This document shows positions 26,898 to 37,476 of a stretch of 52,498 bases of DNA, in pieces. Location: contig QNYQ01000027.1 in NCBI GenBank assembly GCA_003978665.1, positions 1 through 52,498 on the forward strand. The letters are read 5' to 3'. Source of the DNA: Hyperthermus sp. (lineage in GTDB: Archaea > Thermoproteota > Thermoprotei_A > Sulfolobales > Pyrodictiaceae). Numbering within the stretch: the stretch's first letter is position 1; each line of letters opens with the position of its first letter. The notes under the pieces were generated by a model. The model ran no database searches. It saw nothing but the letters and a program-made list of their open reading frames with translations, and was not told where the DNA came from. Both the position numbers and the translations under genes were made by a program.

Positions 26898-28739
26898 GTG
26901 ATGAGGGAAGAGGGTATGGATGAGAGCATGAAGCCGTTAGAGAAGTCTAGGGCGGACAGCGGGCTGCTTGACGCTCCCAGCATCTTCGATGCTAAGAGCG
27001 GGAGGATCACTATAAACGGTAGGGAAATCGCCTTCGGAGGCCCCCTCCCGAGGCTCGGGGAGGGGGAGAAGCTTATCGCCTATACCACGAGCCTCTGCCC
27101 CTACTGCTACAGGGTGCTGCCCGCAGTCATCTTCGAGAGGGAGGGCAAGGTCTTCATTAAGAGGACTTGCCCGGAGCACGGCACCATCGAGGAACTATAC
27201 TTCAGCAGCTCCAGGCTCTACCATAGGTTTATGAGGTTTGAGGAGGAGGGTATAGGCGTAACCCCTCACGTCAAGCTTAGGTCCCCCTGCCCCTTCAACT
27301 GCGGCCTCTGCCCCCGCCACAAGAACCACACGGCACTGGCCAACCTTGTGGTCACTAACCGCTGTGACCTCTCATGCTGGTACTGTTTCTTCTACGCCGA
27401 GAAGGTGGGCTACGTCTATGAGCCGAGCCTTGAGCAGATTAGGGAGATGATAAGGCAGTATAGGAAGGAAGGAGTGAGCATGGCCGTACAGATCACTGGC
27501 GGGGAGCCCACGCTCCGCCCGGACCTACCGGAGATAATAAGGCTGTTGAAGGAGGAGGGGGTTACCCATATACAGTTAAACACTCATGGAGTAACGTTCG
27601 CTAGGATGTGGTTCGAGGAGGGAGTTGAGGCCGCCGTTAAATATGCTAGGGTTCTCCGTGAAGCCGGGCTTAACACGGTATACATGAGCTTCGACGGTGT
27701 AACCCCCAGAGCCAACCCGAAGAACCACTGGGAGGCCCCCTACACGCTTGAAGTATTCCGGAAGGCCGGGGTTACCAGTGTCGTGCTAGTCCCCACCGTT
27801 ATAAAATCCATTAATGACGGAGAGCTCGGCGACATCATAAGGTTCGCGGCCAAGCACATAGACGTTGTCAGGGGAGTCAACTTCCAGCCCGTAAGCCTCA
27901 CCGGGAGGATGAGGAGGGATGTTAGGGAGAAGTATCGTGTAACAATACCAGATGTGCTGCAATGGGTCGAGGAGCAGACAGACGGCCAGATACCGGCCGA
28001 GTCATGGTTCCCCATCCCGGTCGCAGCAAAGTTCTCCTATTTCATCGAGGCGTTGAGCGGAGAGCTGAAGGTGTGCATGGGCAACCACCCCGCCTGCGGC
28101 TCTGCTACGTACGTGTTCATCGAGAGGGGGGCCGACGGCCTACCCTCAAGGTTCATACCGATAACGTCCTTCTTCGATGTTGAAGGCTTCATAGAGTACA
28201 TAGAGGAGAAGACGGGGGAGCTCCGCAAAACAGAGGATGCACTATTCTCAAGGTTCAGGAAGACCTTGCAGGCAGCATCCATACTAAAAGACCTGCCAAA
28301 GTTTATTGATAGGGAGAAGCTGCCCCAGGGACTCAACATAACCAAGCTGCTCATGAACGTGTTTATAAAAAGGAACTATGAAGCCCTAGGCCAGCTCCAC
28401 TACAAGATGCTATTCCTGGGGAACATGCACTTCATGGACCTCTACAACTATGACGTGGAGAGGGTGATGAGATGCAACATACACTACCTCTCGCCGGACG
28501 GCAGGGTAATACCGTTCTGCGCGTACAACGTACTCAACGACATCTACCGCGACAACATACTATGGAAGTATAGGATCGGGCTCGACGAGTACAAGAAGAG
28601 GTACGGAGAGAAAAGCGTAGGGCCCGGAGTCAAATACGTCAGGAACATAAAGCTCCTGAAGAGCACACCAATATACTACGAAGCCTACAAGGGAATAGTA
28701 CCGGACAGCGTGCTCAAGGGAGGAGCCGCCAAGAGCTAA
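26898..28739 (+). CDS. tes: Tetraether lipid synthase (GDGT-MAS, radical SAM)
   Basis: N-terminal SLCPYC...CPEHG rubredoxin-like site, CPFNCGLCPRH, TNRCDLSCWYCF, NFQPVS, C-terminal MHFMDLYNYD...RC-x-IH...IPFC. Confidence 0.9.
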   Translation: MMREEGMDESMKPLEKSRADSGLLDAPSIFDAKSGRITINGREIAFGGPLPRLGEGEKLIAYTTSLCPYCYRVLPAVIFEREGKVFIKRTCPEHGTIEELYFSSSRLYHRFMRFEEEGIGVTPHVKLRSPCPFNCGLCPRHKNHTALANLVVTNRCDLSCWYCFFYAEKVGYVYEPSLEQIREMIRQYRKEGVSMAVQITGGEPTLRPDLPEIIRLLKEEGVTHIQLNTHGVTFARMWFEEGVEAAVKYARVLREAGLNTVYMSFDGVTPRANPKNHWEAPYTLEVFRKAGVTSVVLVPTVIKSINDGELGDIIRFAAKHIDVVRGVNFQPVSLTGRMRRDVREKYRVTIPDVLQWVEEQTDGQIPAESWFPIPVAAKFSYFIEALSGELKVCMGNHPACGSATYVFIERGADGLPSRFIPITSFFDVEGFIEYIEEKTGELRKTEDALFSRFRKTLQAASILKDLPKFIDREKLPQGLNITKLLMNVFIKRNYEALGQLHYKMLFLGNMHFMDLYNYDVERVMRCNIHYLSPDGRVIPFCAYNVLNDIYRDNILWKYRIGLDEYKKRYGEKSVGPGVKYVRNIKLLKSTPIYYEAYKGIVPDSVLKGGAAKS

Positions 28740-28866
28740 GAAGCCGGCAGCACCAGCACTCGACGCATAACGTCTCGCGCACAACCACCCGTGCCCCAGA
28801 AGGTTTCTCTCATCCCCCTACTGTCAAGCAGCAGGCTCCTAGGAGCCAGAAGGGCATGCAGAGGGT

Positions 28867-29631
28867 TTACTGTGGCTGTTTTACCTCTAGCCTGCTGAGC
28901 CAGTGTTTTTTGAAGATTGACCATACGGTCTCCATGACGTGTCCTTCTTCGACACCCTTGATAGCGGCGATCTCCCTCACAACCCTGGATACCATTGTGG
29001 GGCTTAAGTGTAGCCCCCTATACTTGTAGGGGGCGTCGCTCTCAGTCAGCATTATCTCTAGTGGAGCCTCCCTAACAACATTCCTGTGCTTAGCCTGGAT
29101 CGCTATGGCCGGGTTTATTGAGATCGTGTAGCCTAGGCTGGCAATGTCTCTAATCAGGTGGATGGGGCCGGTATACCAGTGGAAGTTAGCGTAGCCTACA
29201 TCGTATCTCACGAGGAGGCGGAGAACCTCCTCCCATGTCCCTGCAGTGTGAAGGTTTAGTATGAGGCCATGGTCGCGGGAGGCTTCAAGGAATACCCTGA
29301 ATACTTCACGCTGCAGGCTAATGGTGTCTCCAACAAACTTGGTGTCAAGCCCTACCTCGCCAAGACACTTGACTCCCTCCCTTAACGCCATCTCGACAAC
29401 CCTCTCTGCCTGGGAAACGCTCTCCCTGCCCTTAACCTCCCATGGATGAACCCCAACGCAGGGTATGACGTCTTCAACAAGCCTTGAAGCCCTAAGGGTC
29501 TTCATGGACGAGTCCAAGTCGTCTGATACAGCCACTATTACGAGCCTGTTCTCCCTTACGATGGTGGAGAGAAAGCCTATGTCATACTCGTGCGCGTGAC
29601 TGTGAACATCGACATACCTAGCCTCCATCAA
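28867..29631 (-). CDS. tatD: TatD-family hydrolase
   Basis: DVHSH, GVHP, GEVGLD, LH, FHW, TESDAPY. Confidence 0.9.
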   Translation of the reverse strand: MMEARYVDVHSHAHEYDIGFLSTIVRENRLVIVAVSDDLDSSMKTLRASRLVEDVIPCVGVHPWEVKGRESVSQAERVVEMALREGVKCLGEVGLDTKFVGDTISLQREVFRVFLEASRDHGLILNLHTAGTWEEVLRLLVRYDVGYANFHWYTGPIHLIRDIASLGYTISINPAIAIQAKHRNVVREAPLEIMLTESDAPYKYRGLHLSPTMVSRVVREIAAIKGVEEGHVMETVWSIFKKHWLSRLEVKQPQ

Positions 29632-29728
29632 CCCCTCACCCTTTTTTCACGCTCAGTCAGGCACCGTGGTTGTTTGCTTCCGGGTTTAGGGTATCGGTCT
29701 ATGAGAGTGCTTTTGGCGCCTTCATCCC

Positions 29729-29968
29729 CTACACTACCACCGGTATCCTCGCTCTCCTCAAGAGCTCGCGGAACTCCTCTAGAGCTAGCCCGGCGAGCCT
29801 GGCTGCCAGCCTTATGTCCCCCCTCTCAATATAGTATTTTAGTGCTTCTCTTATTCTTGCTGGCTGCTTGTTTATGAACTCCCAGTCAGCCATAGAACGC
29901 CTAATCCTCCTAGCCTCTTCCTCCTCAAGGTAAACTACCTCGTCAAGCTGCTCCCCCTCATCCCGCAT
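29729..29968 (-). CDS. UPF0175-like HTH antitoxin, copy 2
   Basis: LKYYIERGDIRLAARLAGLALEEFRELLRRARIP; overlaps the PIN gene. Confidence 0.75.
   Translation of the reverse strand: MRDEGEQLDEVVYLEEEEARRIRRSMADWEFINKQPARIREALKYYIERGDIRLAARLAGLALEEFRELLRRARIPVVV
29831..29917. repeat. 87-bp perfect direct repeat, copy A
   Basis: Identical to 30608-30694. Confidence 0.95.
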
Positions 29969-30516
29969 ATCCTTCTCACCTCCTCCACTGCCGTCTGCAG
30001 AGCCTTAGTGGGGAATACGTGCAGCGTGTCTGACGCGTACTCTTCAAACACTCTTCCCGGCCGATTACAGTCGGCCTCAAGTATGCCCGTCTTCACAGCC
30101 TCCAATATGACTTCGAGAGCCCTCCACACGCTGACACTTCCATAGTCCCTAAACACCCGGGGCGCTAGCAGGGCTGCCCTATTCTCGGTCAACACGATGT
30201 AGCCCCTCCGCCTCCCAGCCACAAGACAAAGGGCTTCAGGAAGCTCCATTGAGGGGAGCTGTGGGTGGAGATGACTCCTTTCAATGAGCTGGCGTGCCTC
30301 CTCTATCTCACTAGCCACGGGAGTATAGAGCGCCAGCACACCCTCCGTGAGCCCCCGCGTAATCCATGATATCGTCTCCTCGGACCTAACCTCATCGAGC
30401 ACCTGCTCCGGCACGAAGACGGTGCTGAATAGCTTGAACAAGATGCCCTTGTGACGGTAGCGTGCCCAGTCTATGAGGAAGCAGGTATCGGCTATTGCGA
30501 AGGATCTAGGCGACAT
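29935..30516 (-). CDS. PIN-domain (VapC-like) protein
   Basis: IADTCFLID, VPEQVLDEV, LPEA, VLTEN acidic residues of the PIN fold. Confidence 0.85.
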   Translation of the reverse strand: MSPRSFAIADTCFLIDWARYRHKGILFKLFSTVFVPEQVLDEVRSEETISWITRGLTEGVLALYTPVASEIEEARQLIERSHLHPQLPSMELPEALCLVAGRRRGYIVLTENRAALLAPRVFRDYGSVSVWRALEVILEAVKTGILEADCNRPGRVFEEYASDTLHVFPTKALQTAVEEVRRICGMRGSSLTR

Positions 30517-30730
30517 TGGGTATCTTCGCCCTTATACGCAGCTCGTTGAACTCCTCAACGGTTACTCCGGCTATGCGTGAGGCGACGTAGAGGTCTCCCG
30601 TTTCAACATAGTATTTTAGTGCTTCTCTTATTCTTGCTGGCTGCTTGTTTATGAACTCCCAGTCAGCCATAGAACGCCTAATCCTCCTAGCCTCCTCCGC
30701 ATCGGCCAGCATGCTGACCGTCTGGGCCAA
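30506..30730 (-). CDS. UPF0175-like HTH antitoxin, copy 1
   Basis: LKYYVETGDLYVASRIAGVTVEEFNELRIRAKIP; overlaps the PIN gene start. Confidence 0.75.
   Translation of the reverse strand: MAQTVSMLADAEEARRIRRSMADWEFINKQPARIREALKYYVETGDLYVASRIAGVTVEEFNELRIRAKIPNVA
30608..30694. repeat. 87-bp perfect direct repeat, copy B
   Basis: Identical to 29831-29917. Confidence 0.95.
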
Positions 30731-30803
30731 TACCCTCTCCCAACCTATTCCATGTAGTCTTCCAGGTTTTTTAATGATACCATTGAGCAGCCCGGCAGAA
30801 GAG

Positions 30804-31964
30804 TTAGCTAACGGGCTCGTATACTATGCCGAGCCTGCTGGCAATACTATACGCCTCTTCTATCTCATCCCTCCTTAAGCTCCTAGCTATCTCCCTCCAC
30901 CTCCTAGGATACTTGAGCACCATGTGCTCTGGCCTATACTGGTCCATTATGTTTACGAGCACCTTGTCGAGTCTCAAGTTGCTGGCTATCCACTCCAGTA
31001 CTCTTCTCGTGCAGCACTCCACGTGGCCTGGGAGGACTAGGTGGCGTATAATCATGTCGCCGTTCTCCGCGGCTATTTTCAGGTTTCTTGTGACGACTTC
31101 AAAGTAGTTTGGGACAGCTGACAGTCTTAGGGCGCACTTGTTGTTGCCGTACTTGAAGTCGGGGAGCCAGAGGTCTATTAGGTCGCTCAATACGAGTGTC
31201 GCGTCAAGGGTCATGTACATGTTGGAGTTCCATATCTGGGGCACGTTCACGTCGAGGAACTTGAAGGATTCCACTATTACGTGGAGGCTTGGAGTGGGCT
31301 CGCCGCCTACATGGTTTATGTTCCTTGCGCCGTGAACCCGCAGCTCCCTCTGTATTAGAGCGAGCCGTCTTGCATCAACTCTTCCAGCCATCCTGGGATA
31401 TACCTGGCTTATGTCGTAGTTTTGGCAGTAGACGCACGTGAAGTTGCAGCCCCCGTAGAATATTGTTCCGCTCGGAACCAGGGGTGGCTCCTCGCCCAGG
31501 TGGTGGAACCAGCTGTGGACGTAGACGTTGTAGTCCAGCCTGCACGCGCCAATACTCTTCTCCCTATCTACGCCGCACCTTCTCTCGCATAGCCTGCAGG
31601 GTTTTGAGAGCAGCTTGACGATCCTCACGTCGACGTCAAGGAGGCTGGTGGAGGGGGGGCTTCTACTGTCTCTCCTATAGTCTTCGAGGCTGTATTTGCC
31701 GTGTAGCGCATGCGTGACTAGGCCTTCTAGCTCGCGTCTGTAGCTCCTCCTGGCATCCTTCAACTCCTCCAAGCCCATGTCATCAATTCTTTCAGGCACC
31801 TCAACAAGCTTAGCCAACAGGAACTTTGCCGGGGCATCATCCCGCATGACAGCATAGTACCAGGACAGAGCCCTCCTAACCCTAACATCATCCCACACGA
31901 GAACAGCGTCTGGACGGAGCCTAGCCCACAGCCCGGCCGGGACATACCGGTCGAGCAAATGCAT
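30804..31964 (-). CDS. Radical SAM protein, PflX-like family
   Basis: CRLCERRCGVDR, HLGEEPPLVPSGTIF, CNFTCVYCQN, LPDFKYGN, RHLVLPGH, NIMDQYRP. Confidence 0.88.
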   Translation of the reverse strand: MHLLDRYVPAGLWARLRPDAVLVWDDVRVRRALSWYYAVMRDDAPAKFLLAKLVEVPERIDDMGLEELKDARRSYRRELEGLVTHALHGKYSLEDYRRDSRSPPSTSLLDVDVRIVKLLSKPCRLCERRCGVDREKSIGACRLDYNVYVHSWFHHLGEEPPLVPSGTIFYGGCNFTCVYCQNYDISQVYPRMAGRVDARRLALIQRELRVHGARNINHVGGEPTPSLHVIVESFKFLDVNVPQIWNSNMYMTLDATLVLSDLIDLWLPDFKYGNNKCALRLSAVPNYFEVVTRNLKIAAENGDMIIRHLVLPGHVECCTRRVLEWIASNLRLDKVLVNIMDQYRPEHMVLKYPRRWREIARSLRRDEIEEAYSIASRLGIVYEPVS

Positions 31965-31966
31965 CT

Positions 31967-33352
31967 TTACCTCTTGCCCCGGGATGACACGGGGTAAATG
32001 TAGTCTCTCGGAGCCTTCTTAAACACTTCAAGATACGGCCGGAGCACCTTAGGTATCTTGACTACTCCATCCTCGTCCTGATGGTTCTCGAGTATTGCAG
32101 TGATCGTTCTGGTAGAGGCTATTGCGGTAGAGTTCAGCATGTGGACGTACTCTCTCTGCATCCCCTTCCTCCTCACAAGCCTTACGCCAAGCCTATAGCT
32201 CTGCCAGTCAGTAGTATTGCTGGCGCTCACCATCTCCCTATACCTACCCTGAGCAGGCATCCAAACCTCAAGGTCATACTTCTTCGCTGCAGGAGCACCG
32301 AGCTCGCCCGAGGCCACGTTAACCACCCTGTAGGGTAGCTCCAGGCCCTGGAAGAGCTGCTCAGCGTTCGCTATGAGCTCCTCAAGCAGCTCCCAGCTCT
32401 CCTCGGGCTTGGAGTAGACGAACTGCTCCACCTTGTGGAACTGGTGTACACGGAAGATCCCCTTAAGATCCCTGTTACCCGCGCCCGCCTCGCGGCGGAA
32501 ACAGGGGCTTATGCCTAGAAGCTTTATTGGGAGCTCATCCTCCATGATCTCCTCGCCGGCATATAAACCCGCCAGGGGGTGCTCGGCCGTAGCTATTAGA
32601 TAGAGGTTTTCTCCCTCAACCTTGTATATCGCGTCACGGAACGTGTCCATGTCGATTACACCCATCAGTATATCGTACCTAACCATGTATGGGGGAATGA
32701 CAAGCCTAAACCCCTTAGCAGTCAAAACGTCTACAGCATACATTATCAACGCCATATCAAGCCAGACAAGGTCGTCGAAGAGGTAGTAGAAGCGTGAGCC
32801 AGCAACCTTACTGGCACGCAGCGTGTCACCCAGCCCGAGAACCTTCTCAAGCATATCAGCGTGGCCTATAGGCTTCCAGTCAACAACATCATAGCTCACC
32901 TGAAAACCCCGCTTAACAGTCTGCTCAAGGAAGCTCTCAAGAAACCCACGGTAGACCCTAGGCCTGCCCCAGTAGCGTAAGGGCTCATTGTACTCGTCGC
33001 TATCCCCCACGGGAACCGAGGGATGAACGATGTTGGGGAGCGAGAGGAGAAGCCTCCTCCTCTCCTCCTCAACCCTCCTAAGCCTAGCCTCAAGCTCCTC
33101 GCGCCTACGCACAATAAGCCTTGCCTCCTCTATAAGCCTCCTCTTCTCGCCGGGATCCGAGGCCTTAGACACGAGCCTCGTCACAACATTGTGCTTATGC
33201 CGTAGCTCGTCAACCTCCCTCTTAAGCTTCCTCCACAAGCCATCAAGCTCTACAGCCTTATCGATAATTGACGCATCCATCCCCCTCTTAGCCAGGCTCT
33301 CCTTCAACACGCTAGGGTTCTCGCGTAGATAGCGTAGAATACTCCAGGTCAA
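31967..33352 (-). CDS. serS: Serine--tRNA ligase
   Basis: N-terminal coiled coil, [39 protein letters not shown]. Confidence 0.97.
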   Translation of the reverse strand: MTWSILRYLRENPSVLKESLAKRGMDASIIDKAVELDGLWRKLKREVDELRHKHNVVTRLVSKASDPGEKRRLIEEARLIVRRREELEARLRRVEEERRRLLLSLPNIVHPSVPVGDSDEYNEPLRYWGRPRVYRGFLESFLEQTVKRGFQVSYDVVDWKPIGHADMLEKVLGLGDTLRASKVAGSRFYYLFDDLVWLDMALIMYAVDVLTAKGFRLVIPPYMVRYDILMGVIDMDTFRDAIYKVEGENLYLIATAEHPLAGLYAGEEIMEDELPIKLLGISPCFRREAGAGNRDLKGIFRVHQFHKVEQFVYSKPEESWELLEELIANAEQLFQGLELPYRVVNVASGELGAPAAKKYDLEVWMPAQGRYREMVSASNTTDWQSYRLGVRLVRRKGMQREYVHMLNSTAIASTRTITAILENHQDEDGVVKIPKVLRPYLEVFKKAPRDYIYPVSSRGKR

Positions 33353-33508
33353 GGCGGTCCTTCACTCTCCTTCCTCCCCATCCTAGCCAACGCTAGAGAA
33401 GGGATGACGCTACTGAAAAAGCTAGTCTCCGCCGGACTGTAAGCTCCGAGAGAAGGAGATCCATGAGGGGCTTGAGGTAGGAGAGGCTGTATCGTGGACT
33501 GAAACAGT

Positions 33509-33901
33509 CTAGGAGCCTGTAGGACTCTGCTTCATCATCTCATCATACCTCTTTATCCACTCCTCAACAATATCGTAGCCGAAAAGGTCCATGAGCTGGC
33601 GCCTACCCTCTTGGGTGACGCGCCTCGGATCCCAGGGTGTCTCAACATCTATTTCCACCTCGACGTCCTTTGCTTCCGGGACGTTTTGCCTAATAGCCTC
33701 CTCAGCCATGTACGCTATCTGGTATGCTACTGGGCAGCCTGGCGCAGTAACCCCGAGCCTAACCTTCACCCTCCCCTCATCATCTATGTCTATCCCGTAT
33801 ACCAGGCCGAGGTCATAAACGTTAACGGGGATCTCGGGATCGTAGACTGTCTTCAACGCCTCAATAATCTTCTCCCGCAACGCATCCCTACTGGCAGCCA
33901 T
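33509..33901 (-). CDS. DUF59 / SufT-like Fe-S cluster assembly factor
   Basis: VYDPEIPVNVYDLGLVY, TAPGCP, PW. Confidence 0.9.
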   Translation of the reverse strand: MAASRDALREKIIEALKTVYDPEIPVNVYDLGLVYGIDIDDEGRVKVRLGVTAPGCPVAYQIAYMAEEAIRQNVPEAKDVEVEIDVETPWDPRRVTQEGRRQLMDLFGYDIVEEWIKRYDEMMKQSPTGS

Positions 33902-33972
33902 TAATACTCCCCTATCCCTCCCAGCAGCCCCTACAGACCCTAATATGTTAACGCGTGTATGCAATAAGGCTC

Positions 33973-34203
33973 CTACGGCGAACCGGCACGCTCTAGGGTA
34001 GCTCTAGCCAGCACGTACGCCAGCAGGGGCGCGGCCAGCGCAGCCACCATCCCAGCAGCCAGCAAGCCCCTATCACCGCTCACGCTACCACGATAGACAG
34101 TGTAGAGGCTGATGAAAGCCAACGGGACCAGGTAAGCGTTCAATATGAGCACGCCCTTAACGAACACTCGAGGAGGCACCGCCTCCACCCCCTCCTCCAA
34201 CAA
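33973..34203 (-). CDS. Small two-TM membrane protein
   Basis: Two hydrophobic helices; overlaps the upstream gene end. Confidence 0.55.
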   Translation of the reverse strand: MLEEGVEAVPPRVFVKGVLILNAYLVPLAFISLYTVYRGSVSGDRGLLAAGMVAALAAPLLAYVLARATLERAGSP

Positions 34204-34975
34204 GCTCCATAAGCCTCCCTATAACCCTCTGAGCCATAGCGTCAGCCTCCTCACACGTCGGCGCCGACGCTAGAACCCTCACGTCCACCAGAGGGCTCTC
34301 AGCCTCATGCCCCTTAGGGTGGCTTTTGACATAGCATGAAACACACTCCCTCGACGCCCTCCTCAAGAGCGGGGCCAGGTCGGCCTCTGCAACACCCTTC
34401 ACCACAACACTCTTCTCTCTCACGCAGAGCTCCGGGAGGATTGGCTTAAGCTTATCTGCCACGTAGCTGTCAAACATGGGCTTCATCTCCCGCGGGACAC
34501 CGGGCAGCACGAAGAGCTCAGACCTCCCCACGCTCACATGCGCGCCGGGAGCAGCGCCGACGGGGTTTGGTATGGGCTTAGCCCCTAGAGGCAGCAGCGC
34601 CATTTTCAGCCTCTCCCGCGTAAGCTCTGCGGGTTTTGTGGAATAGAACCTAGACACGTGCTCCAACGCCTCCCTGTTCAATACGAGGGGCAGGTTGAGC
34701 GCGGCAGCCACAGCCTCCATTGTTATATCGTCGTCCGTGGGGCCTAGGCCCCCAGTGGTGACGACTATGTCTGAGGAGGCCAATGCGTCCCTCAGGACGG
34801 CTACTATGTCATCCACAGTATCGCCTACAGTTACTATCCTCCTCACCGATGCTCCGAGAAAGGTGAGCCTAGAGGCCAGCCAGGCAGCATTAGTGTCTAC
34901 GATCCTTCCCACAAGGAGCTCGTTACCAATAGTTATTATCCATGCAATAGGCTTATACAAGCCCGGCGACACCAT
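34157..34975 (-). CDS. CinA N-terminal-like (molybdopterin-binding domain) protein
   Basis: IGNELLVGRIVDTNA, TTGGLGPTDDDIT, NPVGAAPG, LPGVPREM, VKSHP. Confidence 0.9.
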   Translation of the reverse strand: MVSPGLYKPIAWIITIGNELLVGRIVDTNAAWLASRLTFLGASVRRIVTVGDTVDDIVAVLRDALASSDIVVTTGGLGPTDDDITMEAVAAALNLPLVLNREALEHVSRFYSTKPAELTRERLKMALLPLGAKPIPNPVGAAPGAHVSVGRSELFVLPGVPREMKPMFDSYVADKLKPILPELCVREKSVVVKGVAEADLAPLLRRASRECVSCYVKSHPKGHEAESPLVDVRVLASAPTCEEADAMAQRVIGRLMELVGGGGGGGASSSVR

Positions 34976-35186
34976 GCATAGATAAGCTTATCACAGCCCC
35001 ATCCAGCATAAATAAAGCCTCTCGGCGCGCCGCCCCCCGGACTGGCCCGCTGAAGAATAAGGGCCGCGCACCATGCCGTGTCCCGGATGATGGGCGGGGA
35101 CTTGCCTCCCGCAGCCCTTTTGGAGGAAAAAGATGGTGGGAACGTGGGGTAGAGGAGGCAGCCTCGTCTACCACAGCGTCCACTCT

Positions 35187-36524
35187 CTACTCGAGGAGGA
35201 GGAGCCTGGAGTCAATAACCGTGTTCACGTCAAACGTGAATTTAACCCTCGTGTAGCTGCGCCTAAACTCTCTAACCTCGCTGGCTACCCTTGCAGGATC
35301 CTCTCCGTCAATGACGACCCTCCTCATGAACGCCGCTATCTCCCTCATCTCGCCCTCCCTCATACCGAACCTGGTCATCTCCTGCACTCCTATCCGGAGC
35401 CCGCTCGGGTTTTTGATCGCGTCCGGCGGGTCGCTGGGCAGGAGGTTCTTGTTTACAATGATGTTGGCCTTCTCCAGGAGCAATGCAGCCTTAGCCCCCC
35501 CGCCGTGCCCGCTGACATCAACCAGCACCTGGTGGCTCCTAGTATAGCCTAGATGCTCTCCAATAACCCTGAAGCCCTCTGCTGCAAGCGCCTCTGCAAG
35601 CGCCTTAGCGTTCCTGGTCACCTGCTCCGCGTACGCCTCCCCAAAATACTTCATCTCCACCGCGGTGATGGCTAGTGCTGGGAGCCTGTGGAGATGGTGG
35701 TTGCTCACGAAATAGGGGAATACTGCTCTCCCTATCTTCTTGAACAAGTCCTCGTCCCTTGAAGCAATGATTCCTCCCTGAGGCCCCGGGAAGGTCTTAT
35801 GGGTGGAGGCTGTCATCACGTCGGCGCCGTGGCTTAGAGGGTTCCTCCACCTACCCCCCACGATCAACCCCAGCACGTGTGCAGCATCATACACGAGCCT
35901 AGCGCCGACGGAGTGGGCTGCCTCAGCTATCTCCTTAACCGGGTGGGGGAATAGGTAGACGCTCGCGCCTAGAACGACGAGCTGCGGCCTCGCATCCTCG
36001 ATCATTTTCACTGCCCGGTCAACGTCGATATTCATGTTGTAGTCGTCATAGGGCATCTCCAGCTGTTCAATACACAGCGCGCCAAGAGTACCATACTTAG
36101 TATGGCTCACATGCGCCCCAGCCTGCACCGGAGCTATAAGAGCACGCCCACCACACGGCACTATGACGCGGAACACGGAAGCATTGGCAGTAGTACCGCT
36201 CACCGGCCTGGGATCAACCCTAGCGCCTCCAAGCAGCTCGCCGAGAAGCTCGGATACCGCAACCTCAACCTCGTCGACAAACCCAGTACCCTGATAATAC
36301 CTCTTGAAAGGCTTACCCTCAGCATACCTATGCATCATATCGTTCAAGTACGCGGACTCGGCCAAAGGACTCATAACGTTCTCGCTGGCAATAAGGTTAA
36401 CAGTCTCAAACCTCCTCCACCTATTATGCCTCCTCACCAGCTCCAGAACCCTGGAGGCCTCACTAGGCAGCGACTGCAGAATACTATCCCACAACGCTGC
36501 CCCAAAACCAGTGGCAGCAACCAT
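35187..36524 (-). CDS. glyA: Serine hydroxymethyltransferase
   Basis: [33 protein letters not shown] (PLP lysine), SGLRIG. Confidence 0.96.
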   Translation of the reverse strand: MVAATGFGAALWDSILQSLPSEASRVLELVRRHNRWRRFETVNLIASENVMSPLAESAYLNDMMHRYAEGKPFKRYYQGTGFVDEVEVAVSELLGELLGGARVDPRPVSGTTANASVFRVIVPCGGRALIAPVQAGAHVSHTKYGTLGALCIEQLEMPYDDYNMNIDVDRAVKMIEDARPQLVVLGASVYLFPHPVKEIAEAAHSVGARLVYDAAHVLGLIVGGRWRNPLSHGADVMTASTHKTFPGPQGGIIASRDEDLFKKIGRAVFPYFVSNHHLHRLPALAITAVEMKYFGEAYAEQVTRNAKALAEALAAEGFRVIGEHLGYTRSHQVLVDVSGHGGGAKAALLLEKANIIVNKNLLPSDPPDAIKNPSGLRIGVQEMTRFGMREGEMREIAAFMRRVVIDGEDPARVASEVREFRRSYTRVKFTFDVNTVIDSRLLLLE

Positions 36525-36587
36525 GGCCCCTGCTCCGCTAAAGAAGGAGTCCCGGGACGGAGAAGACGTAAATTAATCGTTCGCAGC

Positions 36588-36824
36588 CTACACCGCCGCA
36601 GCCTCAGCCGCAGCCTTCCTAGCCTGCCTCGCCTGCAAGCGCAGCCTCTCCACCATCTCCTCCACCATGTTGTACGTGAAAGGAAAACCTATCTCGTCCT
36701 CAAACCTCCTAAGCAGGAAATAGGCGTCAAGCACGTCATCCCACTCGCCACTATGGGCTAGCAGCAGCTCAACAGCCTTCCTGTAAGCACGCTCAAACAA
36801 CGGTGTAACATAATCCTTACCCAC
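36588..36824 (-). CDS. Hypothetical helical protein
   Basis: GTG start with GGAG RBS; protein-like composition. Confidence 0.7.
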   Translation of the reverse strand: MGKDYVTPLFERAYRKAVELLLAHSGEWDDVLDAYFLLRRFEDEIGFPFTYNMVEEMVERLRLQARQARKAAAEAAAV

Positions 36825-37003
36825 ACCACTCCCCTCCGGAACCGTTCAGGCGGGCTAGGCTGGGGGTGTACGGGTACAGTATTACCTATCCTATCCCGGT
36901 ACCACTCTGCTTCACTTATCCTTTTCTGTCAGATAGCGGTCTCCCATCCTTCTCCTGGTTTTGAATGTAGGGGATTACGTGGCCTCAGCCGATTAAGGGT
37001 CTG

Positions 37004-37465
37004 GTGCTGCAGCGAATACTTACAGTGGGGTGTGCCTCCGTGTCAGCAGTACACTCGGCAGGCTACACGCTCCCCTCGCATAGCCCGGCAGTAGACATTG
37101 TGCCCGAGAAGGACACGTTCATTGACGTTGAAATAGACGTTTACGGTGGATTCGACCCTTTAACAGACGAGCTGATAGAGAACGCTAGGAAGGCTATGGA
37201 GATCCTGCGCCGAGAATACGGGGTTGAAGCCCTACTCGTACCACGCATAATATACTGGGCCCAAGGCTACGTGTTTTCCCCGACACCCTACTCTATCCCG
37301 GTGCTCGTAATCAACGGGAAGGAGGTATCCTCGGGGAGGATACTGTCTCCCCAGGAAATAGTCGAGGTGGCACTCAAGCTCCTGGGCATAAGAGAGGAGC
37401 CCTCGCAGCCTCTCGCACCCTATAGGGATAGCGATAGGGGAGAGGTTGCTGCGGCTGCATGGTAG
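37004..37465 (+). CDS. Thioredoxin-fold-like protein lacking CxxC
   Basis: SIPVLVINGKEV..GR C-terminal Trx motif; start uncertain. Confidence 0.65.
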   Translation: MLQRILTVGCASVSAVHSAGYTLPSHSPAVDIVPEKDTFIDVEIDVYGGFDPLTDELIENARKAMEILRREYGVEALLVPRIIYWAQGYVFSPTPYSIPVLVINGKEVSSGRILSPQEIVEVALKLLGIREEPSQPLAPYRDSDRGEVAAAAW

Positions 37466-37476
37466 CCGCCCCCTCC

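Noticed and set aside
29831..30694. Direct repeats as CRISPR or att sites
   Set aside because: Only two copies, 87 bp long, in-frame within paralogous genes, with no integrase, tRNA or cas genes.
36849..36870. GGCGGGCTAGGCTGGGGG resembles the 5' end of archaeal SRP RNA
   Set aside because: No helix 6/8 motifs follow and the spacer is too short for a ~300-nt RNA.
36878..36885. AGTATTAC, aCcr1-box-like word
   Set aside because: A single 8-mer is expected by chance in 52 kb, and another copy lies inside a coding region.
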